Below the pieces are notes generated by a model. It was not told where the DNA came from, searched no databases, and worked only from the letters and a program-made list of their open reading frames with translations. A DNA stretch of 64,000 nucleotides from Octopus sinensis (Eukaryota). The stretch covers positions 151,900,001 through 151,964,000 of the forward strand of contig NC_042997.1 of assembly GCF_006345805.1 (NCBI RefSeq), written 5' to 3'. A program made the translations under genes and the position numbers. Positions 52,945-64,000 of this stretch are shown in pieces. The stretch's first letter is position 1. The number at the start of each line of letters is the position of its first letter.

Positions 52945-53722
52945 CGTGGTCTGATCAATAAGTATCCGGACTGTTGCCGTACTAAAGAAGCTAGAGCACT
53001 CAGAGTAAAGCCGCTTGACACAGATTGACCTTAATCTCTGTTGTGTATGCACATTAAGTTTTAACAGCAGTGCTTGGAAGAAAGATGTGTAGCGAGTGTT
53101 CATCACATTGACGATGACAGAGAAAGTTGAGCAGAGAATCTGCATCAAATTTTGCCAAAAGCTTGGCGATGGTTTCTCAGAGGCCTACGCAAAGTTTTCA
53201 AAAAGTTTTCATTGTTCTCGACTCAATCAAGGAGATTTTGTGCAACTGTAACCCGGGTGTCTTTTTGGTCGGCTGAAAGCAGTTTTGGCATAAACTTGGC
53301 AGGCGCACGTCTCATACCCAAATCTTCAGTGTTAATGGACTGCACTGAATCGTAACTAATCTGCACATCCTCTGCGATGTTTTTCTCAGTTCTGCTGATT
53401 GCGCGTCTCCCAGAACGTTCATCAATATCGACATTTTTCGGCCATCTTTGAAACGTCTGAACCACTCGTACACTTGTCTGCGGTTCATACATACCACTCC
53501 ATACGCTTTCAGCAATTTTCCGTAGTCCTCTAAGTATCACTATGACAACTTTTTTCTGTCATGGTTAATGCAACGATCACACGCTACACACCTTTCTCTC
53601 AATCTCTACTGCAAACAGCGGAAGTAAGATAGAACGTTAAAACTGTGCCAAGCGGCTTTACTCTGCGTGTTTTAGCTTCGTTACTATGGCAACAGTTCTG
53701 GTAATTACTGATCAGATATACA
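52945..53722. mobile_element. Fold-back mariner derivative made of two 5' ends
   Basis: TIR CGTGGTCTGATCAATAAGTATCCGGACTGTTGCC after TA; plus-strand MTEKVEQRICIKFCQKLGD and minus-strand N-terminal transposase (QVYEWFRRFKDG, DERSGR, EDLGMRRAPAKFMPKLL). Confidence 0.88.
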
Positions 53723-53796
53723 TATAAACACATACATACATACATACATACATACATACATACATACATGCATACATACATACATACATACATACA

Positions 53797-53832
<36 letters not shown>

Positions 53833-54458
53833 GCTAAAATAGCTTCTTGATGTGTTCCATTCCTTTTTTCCTACTGACGAGATGATTGCATTATTTTATA
53901 TCATTTTTATTCTCTCCGAAATAATCTCAATGCGTTTTTCGAAGCATATGTTTGAAGTATAAATGATTTGAATCACACCTGCGTTTGACTCCATTTCTTA
54001 AATATATCCATTTTCTGCAAAAAACATTTCACTTAACCTTGGAATTTCTACCTTTATAAGTAGTCTGTAATATCTTTGGCGCTTATGTGAAATTTTACTA
54101 CCCTGGCAACTATTTATTTATTTTTTCCGTGTTATTCGTAGACATTGAGAAAATATACATTCATATTTGTGTGTGTGTGTGTATGTCTGTGTGTGTATAA
54201 AGTGTTTGAAGTGGTGTACAGATATTGCATATTGAGAAAAAGGAGGTAGTCAGAATGTTGGATAATCCTTTATTAGCACTTTCGTTTGTTTATGAACTGG
54301 TCAAGACAAAATCAAAATCAAAATGGTTCATTTTGACGTTGATTTTGATTTTGTCTTGTCAAGTTCGTCAATATATTATTATATATATATATATATATAT
54401 TAATAATAATACTGTAATTGTTCCATTGTTGTTGTTTTTTTGTTTTCCCGTTTGGATT

Positions 54459-54503
<45 letters not shown>

Positions 54504-54513
54504 TGTATGTATG

Positions 54514-54547
<34 letters not shown>

Positions 54548-55241
54548 TGTATGTATGTACATGTATATATATATATATATATGTATATGTTATTTACTCA
54601 CACATACACACTGACACACGATCTCACTCACACAGGTTCTGGCTGTCTGTCTTTCTCTCACTCAATCTCTCTCTCTCTCTCTCTGTCACACACAGACACA
54701 CTCATATACATACATATATACTTTTCTAGAACGTTGTAATGATGGAGATTGAGAGATTGAAATATACTCGGATATTTCCTGTAGATGAAAGAACTGGTGA
54801 TAAGGCCCTCGAGTTACTTCATCATGGAAGCGTTGGGTAGTATAATAGGTGAATGCATGTATATATTCCACTAATTATTATATATGTTAGAGATTACAAA
54901 AAATTTAACATTGACAACTCCTTTACCTTCGCTACCATGTCTAATTCCTTTTTGAGAGAAATGTATATTATAACTTCCAGTGACATCTCTTAATGCAAAA
55001 GTTCATATTTATGTTCATATGAAATAATTCGAGCTATTATTGTTGCAAAAGACGAAAATTATATTTTCACTTTCAGGAGTGCATATCACACAATTATTTA
55101 TTAATTTTCAGTTATTGCGGCATTTTAGCGCCGTGTATTTCACACACTCGTTATTATGCTGCTAGAGGTAGCCAATTAGAAAAGTTTTATAATCTTTCTC
55201 GGTTAAATACGATAAATACGAGATAAATGTGATAAACTATG

Positions 55242-55497
55242 TATTGGGCATAATTATTGCGGCTTTTTGTTTCAAGAAATGTTATTCAATAAAATCAATA
55301 ACAACATTTAACAAAAACATCTTTAAATGATTATTCCGGAGCATATTCACCATCTACTTCAATTACTGCTTCCCATTTGCTTGGCAGACGGTCAGACCGT
55401 CATTTAAAGATGTTTTTGTTAAAAATTGTTATTGCTTTTGTTGAATAAGATTCGTTGACAAACAAAAAAGCCGCAATAATTATGCACCAACCCAATA
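55242..55497. mobile_element. Fold-back mariner MITE made of two 3' ends
   Basis: Inverted arms of about 90 bp, TATTGGG..CATAATTATTGCGGC / GCCGCAATAATTATGCACCAACCCAATA; spacer encodes minus-strand DRLPSKWEAVIEVDGEYAPE stop. Confidence 0.88.
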
Positions 55498-56099
55498 ACA
55501 GTAAAATACTTGGGTTTCAGATATGCGAGTGTATAAATAGATAGATTTTGGTAAACGAAATTTCAAACAATGATATTGAATCTTGCAATAATTGAACTAC
55601 CAAAAGCTGCAGTAAATACTACTGAAGCTGCTTGTATATATTTTATGAACGTTGATACAAACTGTTTGGTGCTGCTACAGCTGGTGCCGTTAATTATTGA
55701 TTATATTAATACTTCATTATCATTTCGTTTATTGCTCTTGTTCTTAATACTCTGGCAAACGAAGTCCATTTTGATTTACGTCAATAATGACTTTTCTAGA
55801 CAATAAATTTGCTTTTCTTTTATTTCCTTTGCTTGCAATTGTTATAACTACAAGCTTAAACCAACTGTATCTATCTTAGCAGTAAATACGGCTTAACGCG
55901 CTCTAAACTTCTACAACTAAATATAATAAACGAACAAGCAAGCAAGCATTGATCTTTTATTTAGTTTCCACCAATAAAAATCCATAAATGACACTCTAAT
56001 GAACGAATTTATTGCCTTTGTTCATACTCTTGTACTTAATAATTTCCTTCGGTTCAAACATGTCATCTTTCCTAGTAAATAATGTCGAAGCCTAGCTAT

Positions 56100-57590
56100 C
56101 GACCTTTCATTTCTAGGTCAAGTGAAGAAACGATTTTTTTTTTCTAATGTGACCTAATGTCCCAAACTATCCTTTCATCTTCGCAAAGCGCATTATTTCG
56201 CCTATTAGTTTAGCCAATACTTGCACAAACTCTAACGCATCATTACATGCACACACAAATGTTATTCCTTTCTCTGATATAAATCGTTCAACGCATCTCT
56301 GTTGTTAAGTTACGCCGTTTATCTCTGTTGCGTTCTGGCAGTTGGTATACGCGCTTATAAAGATTCTACTCACCCAAGATTCAAACATCCTTACCTGAAT
56401 ATCAGTAAATAAAATACTTCCATTTTCCCACTCATGTTCTGCATAGCTCCAAATTAATCAGCTGTCTGTACTATTATCCTAGTTTCTCCTACCACTAGAA
56501 TTTTTTTCCGAGTTACTATCATCAGAATTTCTTCGATTCTTCTACATCCTGCATTGCGGTAATCTTCCTCACCTCTACCATATATCATCATTTTCTATGA
56601 CGTAATTGCATAACATATTTACGGCAAAACGGTTACTACTCTGAATTATCAGTTAGCATTTTCAGTTTCCCTTACCCTAACCACTTCTGCAAACACTCTT
56701 AACTATTTACTCACCTCCAGGCTCGAAGTTTTCAATCACCCTCATATATTCTGGCCAGCAAATGTTTTTCAAATTCAGAGCTATAACTGCCCTGCATTAA
56801 CTACTCTTAACGAATATGAACTACCACAGACCTGTTCGAGACAAAGAGCGCTTAGCTGATACCACATCTTAGGTATACATCTCTACCTCTTTCATACAGC
56901 TAACAATCTACAATCCCGAATCCTAATTAATTAATAACATGTTCAAGCAAACTGTAAATGCTGCTAATAAAGTCATGAGAAAGTCCATCAACCAATAACA
57001 ATGTTAGAGGCATCTATCCAACGATGCACAATTTCTCGTATGAGCATCATCCAAGCAGACAATGCCTGCATCCATAACACGCCCTGCAAGCTTCTAGTCT
57101 CCAGATTTCTTGTAGAGGTTGTAGTCCTTTACCGGGATGGTCTCTATAACTTTACATTAACTCCAACCAACTCAGGTCATTTTTGTACACAGTATTTTTG
57201 TTGGTAAGGCCATTACAATTACCGCCTACTTGCTTCTGACTTCACACTAGTATTCCACAAACAATATCCTCCAAACTTTTAAGGCGGTGAGCTGACAGAA
57301 ACGTTAGCACGCTGGGGCGAAATGCTTAGCGATATTTCGTCTGTCTTTACCTTCTTAGTTCAAATTCCGCCGAGGTCGACTTTGCCTTTAATCTTTTCAG
57401 GGTCGAAATATTAAGTACCCTTTGCGTACTGAGGTCGATCTAATCGACTGGCCCCCTCCCCTCAAAATTTCGGGCCTTGTGCCTAGAGTAGAAAAGGTAT
57501 TTCTTCCAAACTTTTAAATTCCTCTCCACTTTTTAACCTGCCTCATTTAAAGTACGCAAATCACCAAATGCTTGATCGTCTTCAACTAAG
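56100..57590 (+). mobile_element. Very old CR1/L2-like LINE relic (interrupted by a SINE)
   Basis: C/T-rich strand bias and weak peptide traces (QLTIY near 56895); family not resolvable by eye. Confidence 0.35.
57283..57504 (+). mobile_element. SINE family B monomer, tail 2, with 13-bp TSD
   Basis: TCCAAACTTTTAA at 57270-57282 and 57505-57517. Confidence 0.92.
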
Positions 57591-58166
57591 TTAACCTATT
57601 AGCACTTCTCTCTTTCTAAGACTTCTCAGTCTTTCGTTTTAAGCAACTCCTTATCACAGTCTAAAGGAACATATGACAGTATGTTTCACTATCAAGAATG
57701 TAATCCCTTTGACCCTGACAAAAAACGATCTATCCCTATTAAGCCACAAATAACTGGGAGAAATCCACAAATATCACATTGTTAATATGTTTGCATGCAT
57801 GTGTATATATGCATATAGGTATGTGTATGCTTACATATATGCTTATGTGTGTGTGTTTGTGTGCAAATGGACGCATGTATGTTTGTACGTATGAGTGAAT
57901 ATATTTACACGTGACAACGGGTGTATGAGAATATTTGCGTGTACCTGACTAGTTAACATCTGAAAGTTTAGTTATTTCATTAAAGAGTTTCTATATTTCA
58001 TTGTTAGTACCAAATTAAAAGTTTGGCACAAAAATATTTCTAAGTAAATAAAAATACCATAATTTCATTCGCATCATCTACATAAAATGTATCATTTTTA
58101 TGCTGGCATTTTGTGGGTGCGTTTTGCAGCAGGCGACAAATTATCAAGGGAATATTCTTATAACTT

Positions 58167-58567
58167 AAGGCGGTGAGCTGGCAGAAACGTTAGCACGCCG
58201 GGCACAACACTTAGCAGCATTTCGTCTGCCGTTACGTTCTGAGTTCAAATTCCGCCGAGGTCGACTTTGCCTTTCATCCTTTCGGGGTCGATAAATTAAG
58301 TACCAGTTACGCAGTGGGGTCGATATAATCGACTTAATCCGTTTGTCTGTCCTTGTTTGTCCTCTCTGTGTTTATCCCCTTATGGGTAGTAAAGAAATAG
58401 GTATTACGTCTGTCTTTACGTTCTGAGTTCAAATTCCGCCGAGGTCGACTTTGCCTGTCATCCTTTCGGGGTCGATAAATAAAGTACCATTTGCGCACTG
58501 TAGTTGAACTAATCGACTGGCCCCCTCCCGCAAAATTTCGGACCTTGTGCCTAGAGTAGAAAAGAAC
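58167..58567 (+). mobile_element. SINE family B dimer (body-tail1-body-tail2) with 11-bp TSD
   Basis: Body repeated from about 58401; ATTCTTATAAC at 58154-58164 and 58568-58578. Confidence 0.92.
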
Positions 58568-60017
58568 ATTCTTATAACAAAATTGTCCGAGCTGTATTTA
58601 TGGTTAACAGGAAACTGCTGGAGACTTTCATACCTTATTTTAATTTATCATAGTTATTAGTGTTATTGCTGTTGATCTTATGATGTCCATTCAGTGGTTC
58701 TGTTTATTATCAATTTTATTGTTGTGGTTCGGTACTGTTCTTCATTGGGCTTTTCTCGAGAGCAGTCGTTCTCACCCTTTGAGTGTTTGAGGCTGCAAGG
58801 GGCAACAAATGTCAATTGATGTGTACTATCTGTGTGTTTATAGTCTGGTAATGCTATCAAGTGTTATATTTTCTTATGCGGTATTGTTTTATGCAAAGTA
58901 TTATAGTGCTCTGCCATTAAAGATATATGTGCGTTTAGGCATGTACATATATATGTGTGTGTATACGCATGCATGCACATACATGTATACATGTTCATAT
59001 ATTTGTGTGCATAAATATATATATATGTATAAGTATGTATGTATGTATATATGATAGATCCCCACGACACACATGAATACATGCATATATATGAAGTCGG
59101 GTCTGTATGCATATCTGTATTTGTTTTCAATATTCAATACATACATATACATCTATATACTTGTATACATTCATATATGTATATAAAAGGTTATCTGGCA
59201 ATGTGCAATTTACTTGCTATAGATAAGAGTCAACATGATACGTGACAAACAATAAACCTGCACCAATTTCTTTTTGGTGATAACAAGAGGTATAAGATAT
59301 ACTGTGTATGTGACACCATTTTATCTCTTGCCTTCGCTTCAGTTTATTTTCTGTTTATTGGCGATGGGTTAATATTTCTATTATGATTATTATCATTATC
59401 AGACATTATTATTCGTAGTAGCAGTTGTAGAAGAAGAGTAGAAATAAATATTATTATTTATTATTGTTGTTGTTATAACAGTCTTATTGCTTTTTTTCCA
59501 GAAGCTTTATTTTCATTGCGTGCTTCCACTGTTTAACAAAGCACAACTTTCTGCAACTTGAGAATATGCGTTGTTTTGGTTTGGTTATGTTATTCCTATT
59601 CTACTGGAGTTACTGTCTTTAATACATATGTACGTGTTAGCAGTGATCTTTTGTATTACGTATGAAGTGCATATCTGATAGCCCTCGCACTTGGTTACGC
59701 ATTTGTCTGCATGTGTCTTAATTATTTCAAGGCACCTCTTATAAAAGTGCTATTACTGATTTTAGATCTCCTTTCTGGTGATCTTTATTTCAAAAGTTTT
59801 GTATCTAGATAATTTCTCATTTCTTTTCTGCATATATTATCGATCATCTTTTTCAACTGAAACTTAGATTACGTGGCATATAATTTCTTTCCAGTTCGAA
59901 AGAACAATATCTACTTGACCATCTAGATTTATCTGGCTGTATTTATTGAAATATTCCAGAATATGGTCCTATCACCATTCTCCAAGATATTGTGTTTCGT
60001 TTGGTATTTCATTATAT

Positions 60018-60249
60018 ACTTCTTTACTACCCACAAGGGGCTACACACAGAGGGGACAAACAAGGACAGACAGACGGATAAAGTCGATTACATCGACCCC
60101 AGTGTGTAACTGGTACTTAATTTATCGACCCTAAATGGATGAAAGGCAAAGTCGATCTCGGCGGAATTTGAACTCAGCACGTAACGGCAGCCGAAATACT
60201 GCTAAGCATTTCGCCCGACTTGCTAACGTTTCTGCCAGCTCGCCGCCTT
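60018..60249 (-). mobile_element. SINE family B monomer, tail 1, with 19-bp TSD
   Basis: GTTTGGTATTTCATTATAT at 59999-60017 and 60253-60271. Confidence 0.92.
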
Positions 60250-60807
60250 TTAGTTTGGTATTTCATTATATTTGCATAATTTCCTAGTTAAGAAACCCCC
60301 AGCTATATTTTTGTCTGCATATATATTCTTTTCGGTGCCAAGATTGTTCAACCAATGACAGTGCAGGTAATTGATTCTTCCCAAACTCTACAAAAATTGA
60401 AATTACTCAAAGTACTCGTTTCATTTTATGCATTCGGTGATTCCAGTTGTGATCGCCTTGAACCTCTACCGCAGTCACGAAACTATGAATCTCGCTTTAA
60501 AATCTTGCACTTCTTTTCTCCTTACGCTTGTTTTTTTAAATTTTTTTTCTTGTTAGAACTGAAATTTTTCGTTATCTATATCCAGATTTTACAGTCTCTT
60601 TTGTTTAGCCACCATGTATATTTCTTTACTTGCCATTATTTTAGCATGGTAATAGATAGTCTTAGTTTTATCTCGGATGTGAGCTTTTGTATGATTTAAT
60701 TAGCTTCTCCATTCTTTTTATAAATGTTTGCTACTCTGGGTTCTGTTTCAATTTGATGGATTCTTTGAAAACAGAAAACAGTTACTATTGTTCTTAGTTT
60801 TAATCAT

Positions 60808-60882
60808 CGTTGTTGTTGCTGTTGTTGTTGTTGTTGTTATTATTATTATTATTATCATTATTATTATTATTATTATTATTAC

Positions 60883-60924
<42 letters not shown>

Positions 60925-60940
60925 CATTATCATCATCATC

Positions 60941-60996
<56 letters not shown>

Positions 60997-61020
60997 CCTT
61001 ATCCTTATTATTATTATTAA
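60808..61020. repeat. (TTG)/(TTA)/(TCA) microsatellite
   Basis: Directly visible. Confidence 0.95.
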
Positions 61021-61205
61021 AAGGCGGCGAGCTGGCAAAACCGTTAGCGCGCTGAACGAAATGCTTAGCGGTATTTCGCTCGTCCCCACGTTGAGTTCAA
61101 ATTTCGCCTTTCGAGTTTGCCTTTCATCCTTTCGGGGTCGATTAAACAATTGCCAGTTACCTCAACCCGAAATTGCTGACCGTGTGCCAAAATTTGAAAT
61201 CACTA
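61021..61205 (+). mobile_element. SINE family B inserted in a (TTA)n tract
   Basis: AAGGCGGCGAGCTGGC head; TTA repeats on both sides. Confidence 0.85.
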
Positions 61206-61394
61206 TTATTATTATTATCATTAAAGCTACTACATACAGTTAGCAGATTAGTGTCTTGAGACTTAGTGACTACAAGTCTCCTAATTTCTGAAGAATCTTC
61301 CGTAGTATTCTTGTCTTCTACAGTCTCTTAATCTCTTTGGCCAAGTCGTGAAATTACTGAATGTTCTCAATTTCTTTGCAATACCATGAGATAG

Positions 61395-61700
61395 GGAAAT
61401 TACATGGCTCAGTGGTTAGAGCATCGGGATCAAAATCATGAGGTAGTGAGTTCGATTCTCGGACGGAGATATGTGTTGTGTTCTTGAGCAAGACACTTCA
61501 TTTCACGTTGTTCCTGTTCACTGAGGTGTAGAGAAATGTGTTGCGACGTCACTGGTGTCAAGCTGTATCGGCCTCTGATTTTCCTTTGGATAACATCGAT
61601 GGCGTGAAGAGGGGGAGATTTGTATTGCTGGTCTTGTACCTCAGGGGGTAACTTTTTAGCCGCAATCCTATGGTTATTCGTCACCAAAGGGGGTCTTTAC
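61395..61700 (+). mobile_element. SINE family C with tail Z
   Basis: Collinear with 7924-8246. Confidence 0.8.
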
Positions 61701-62336
61701 CTTTTTTACTATTAGATAATACCTATCCATTATCACATAAAATTGCAAAGCCTACAACGTTACATTTTTTATTTTGTCTTCTACAACCGCATTTGGTCTT
61801 CTTTTTTCAATTGTATGGGCAGTCACCTTGGAGAAATTCCATAAATTCCTGTAATTATTATTCACCATCATAGCTTCTTCCTCGTGTCATACCACGATTT
61901 AGTTCCTGCAAATCCACGCAATCATCTAATACCCCATCCAATGGACTCTTTTACTGATACAATTATGGCTCTACTTATGTTCATTTTGTGCTTCAGGATA
62001 CGAGAAAGAACAAGAGAGAGCGAGATGGTCATTACTGGATTGTCATCGAGTCTAGGATCGTCTCGATCAGAACTCTATTTATCTTATTACCATTGTTGCC
62101 TATATCGTTGTTGTTGTAATGAGGTTGCAAGGGTACGACACATTTCAATGATATGTGCTGGGTGTTTATGATGGTCGTAGTTTTCCTTAGAAAATAAAAC
62201 ATTTAAACCAGGTACAGTATTTATATTTTGACGATATTTAAAAAAACCTTTTTGACACGATTAGGATATGTGAAGGGCATTGTATTACAAGACAGCCAAA
62301 ATAAAAGATGGTTATGAAGAACTGTTTGAAGCAACT

Positions 62337-62572
62337 TGCCCATGTCATTAAGAAGCTAGCTTTCCAGCCACGTAGTTCCGAGTTCAGTCCAACTCCGCGG
62401 CGCTAAAGTCACTACACAAGACTGCTTTTTTTACTATAGCCCTTGATTAACAAAGGTCTTGTGAGTGAATCTGTTTAACAGAAACTGTGAGGAACCTGGT
62501 CGTACATATGTGTGTATGTGTGTGTGTGCATGATGTGTGTGTGTGTGTGCATGATGTGTGTGTGTGTGTGTG

Positions 62573-62603
<31 letters not shown>

Positions 62604-62836
62604 TGTGTGTGTGTGCTTGTGTTGTGTATATCTTTGTGCCTATAGTTGTCCTCGCACACACTTGACAATCGGTGGTGGTTTATTTGCGAATCTGCAACTT
62701 AGCGGTTTAGCAATGAGATTCGATAGAATAAGTACCAGATTTTTGAAAAGTAGCACTGAAGTCGATTTGTTTGGCTAAAATCCTTCCGAGAGGTGCTTGA
62801 GCATTGTTGCTGTTTAACGACTGAAACAAGCAAAAT
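62337..62836 (+). mobile_element. SINE family A, diverged, expanded internal (TG)n
   Basis: GAGTTCAGTCC...CTTGTGAGTG...CGATAGAATAAGTACC...CTGAAACAAG. Confidence 0.75.
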
Positions 62837-63003
62837 AGGTACATGTTTACAAAAAGGGTATGTTTACATGCGACGATGTAAACAACTCGACGGTAATTGA
62901 ACCAGAGGACTAGCTAAACAGTTTTTCTATGTGCTAGGAGTTATGATAAGCATTAGAGTTAAACTATGAAACATATGTAGCCTTTACTTCCCTTTCCAAT
63001 ACC

Positions 63004-63560
63004 TTGGATTGTCCGGAAAGTTCGTGCCGAATTTTAAAGGAAAGAAAAAGGTCAATAAATGCTTGCATTATATTTTTAATCAACCAAATATGAACCATTT
63101 TGTTGCACAATGCGTCTCTATCTTTCCTTTAACTTGAAAATACCCTCTTCCCAGAATTGAGGTGATTTCATGGCAAAGAATTCATCAAGGTATCTTTTTA
63201 CGTCATCCGAGGAATTGAAATTTTTACCGTTAAGACTATTCCGCAGAGACCTGGAAATCCGAAGGAGCAATATCTGGTGAATATGGAGGGTAGGGTAACA
63301 CATCCCAACCGAGCTGCAGCAATTTTTGCCTGGCCCCCAAAGCTTCAAGTGCCGAAAATCAACTATCTTATCTTCCATTTTAAAGGGTTACAGAATTAAC
63401 ACAGGTTATAGGAACATAAATCTTCTTCCACGAAAAGATAGCTTAAACTGTGCTCTAAATGGAGGTGTAGTCAAATCCTTTTTTATGGACTCAACCACGT
63501 TCTAAAATAAGTCGAAAGGTAAGCTACTATAAATCGGTACGAAGTTTCTGGACAACCCGA
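63004..63560 (-). mobile_element. Internally deleted mariner transposon
   Basis: TIRs TTGGATTGTCCGGAAAGTTCGTGCCGAATTT versus rc TCGGGTTGTCCAGAAACTTCGTACCGATTT; minus-strand LGWDVLPYPPYSPDIAPSDF and RSLRNSLNGKNF...FWEEGIFKLKER. Confidence 0.92.
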
Positions 63561-64000
63561 TATATATGGAAGGAAGTAATGTTGATGTAGTCGGTATTTC
63601 CTTTCCTTTCTCATGTCTGGTTCTGAAAGAGTTCAGCTTAGCATTTAAACCGTTACAGCTAAGCAACGAAGTGAATTGCAAATATGTAAAATCGGAAATT
63701 TAAAGCTCCGAGAAATATCGTTATCTCATATTTTCAAATTTTAAATACATTTTAAATGAGCAAAATTAACAAAATCTCATCAAGCGCAAGGCAGTCATTA
63801 GCTATTTCTTAATTATTAACTATAGTTTGGGAGCTATAATGATTCGTTCAATATCTTAATCTATTTTACATTAGTATTTGTGGCTGATTTTATATTTTAA
63901 ATGTAACCAAAAACAGATATCTGTGTTTGAGTCACAAGTACGAGTAATAAAGTTAATAACATTTTATTCAAAATTTAAATTTTAATGTTCTTTCTTGTAA

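Noticed and set aside
53871-53930. CTGACGAG...CGAAA hammerhead-like string
   Set aside because: Stem I does not form and stem II is irregular

Overview
AT-rich, microsatellite-saturated eukaryotic DNA with no recognisable host protein-coding exon, so it is probably intergenic or part of a very large intron. The tRNA-derived SINE families and the (TA)n/(CA)n/(TAA)n/(TAGA)n load look like an octopus (coleoid cephalopod) genome; this is inferred from recalled repeat sequences, not searched. Almost all listed ORFs are microsatellite translation artefacts. Real content: (1) a young 5'-truncated CR1-group LINE with an uninterrupted RT frame (18864-20766); (2) decayed RTE, R4/Dong and CR1/Jockey LINE fragments; (3) four mariner derivatives, two of them fold-backs built from two identical ends; (4) Helentron/HINE-like elements; (5) more than 30 SINE copies of 3-4 families with visible module shuffling. 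Most notable: a set of short non-coding elements docked in (TA)n tracts that carry minimal hammerhead-ribozyme motifs (Penelope-type; best copy 14941-14975, minus strand), a 1.4-kb insertion flanked by an exact 16-bp target-site duplication that encodes a K/E-rich non-RT protein and ends in a hairpin (35286-36670), and a structured RTE-5'UTR-like GC island (24188-24286). All coordinates were read by eye; boundaries of degraded elements are approximate.
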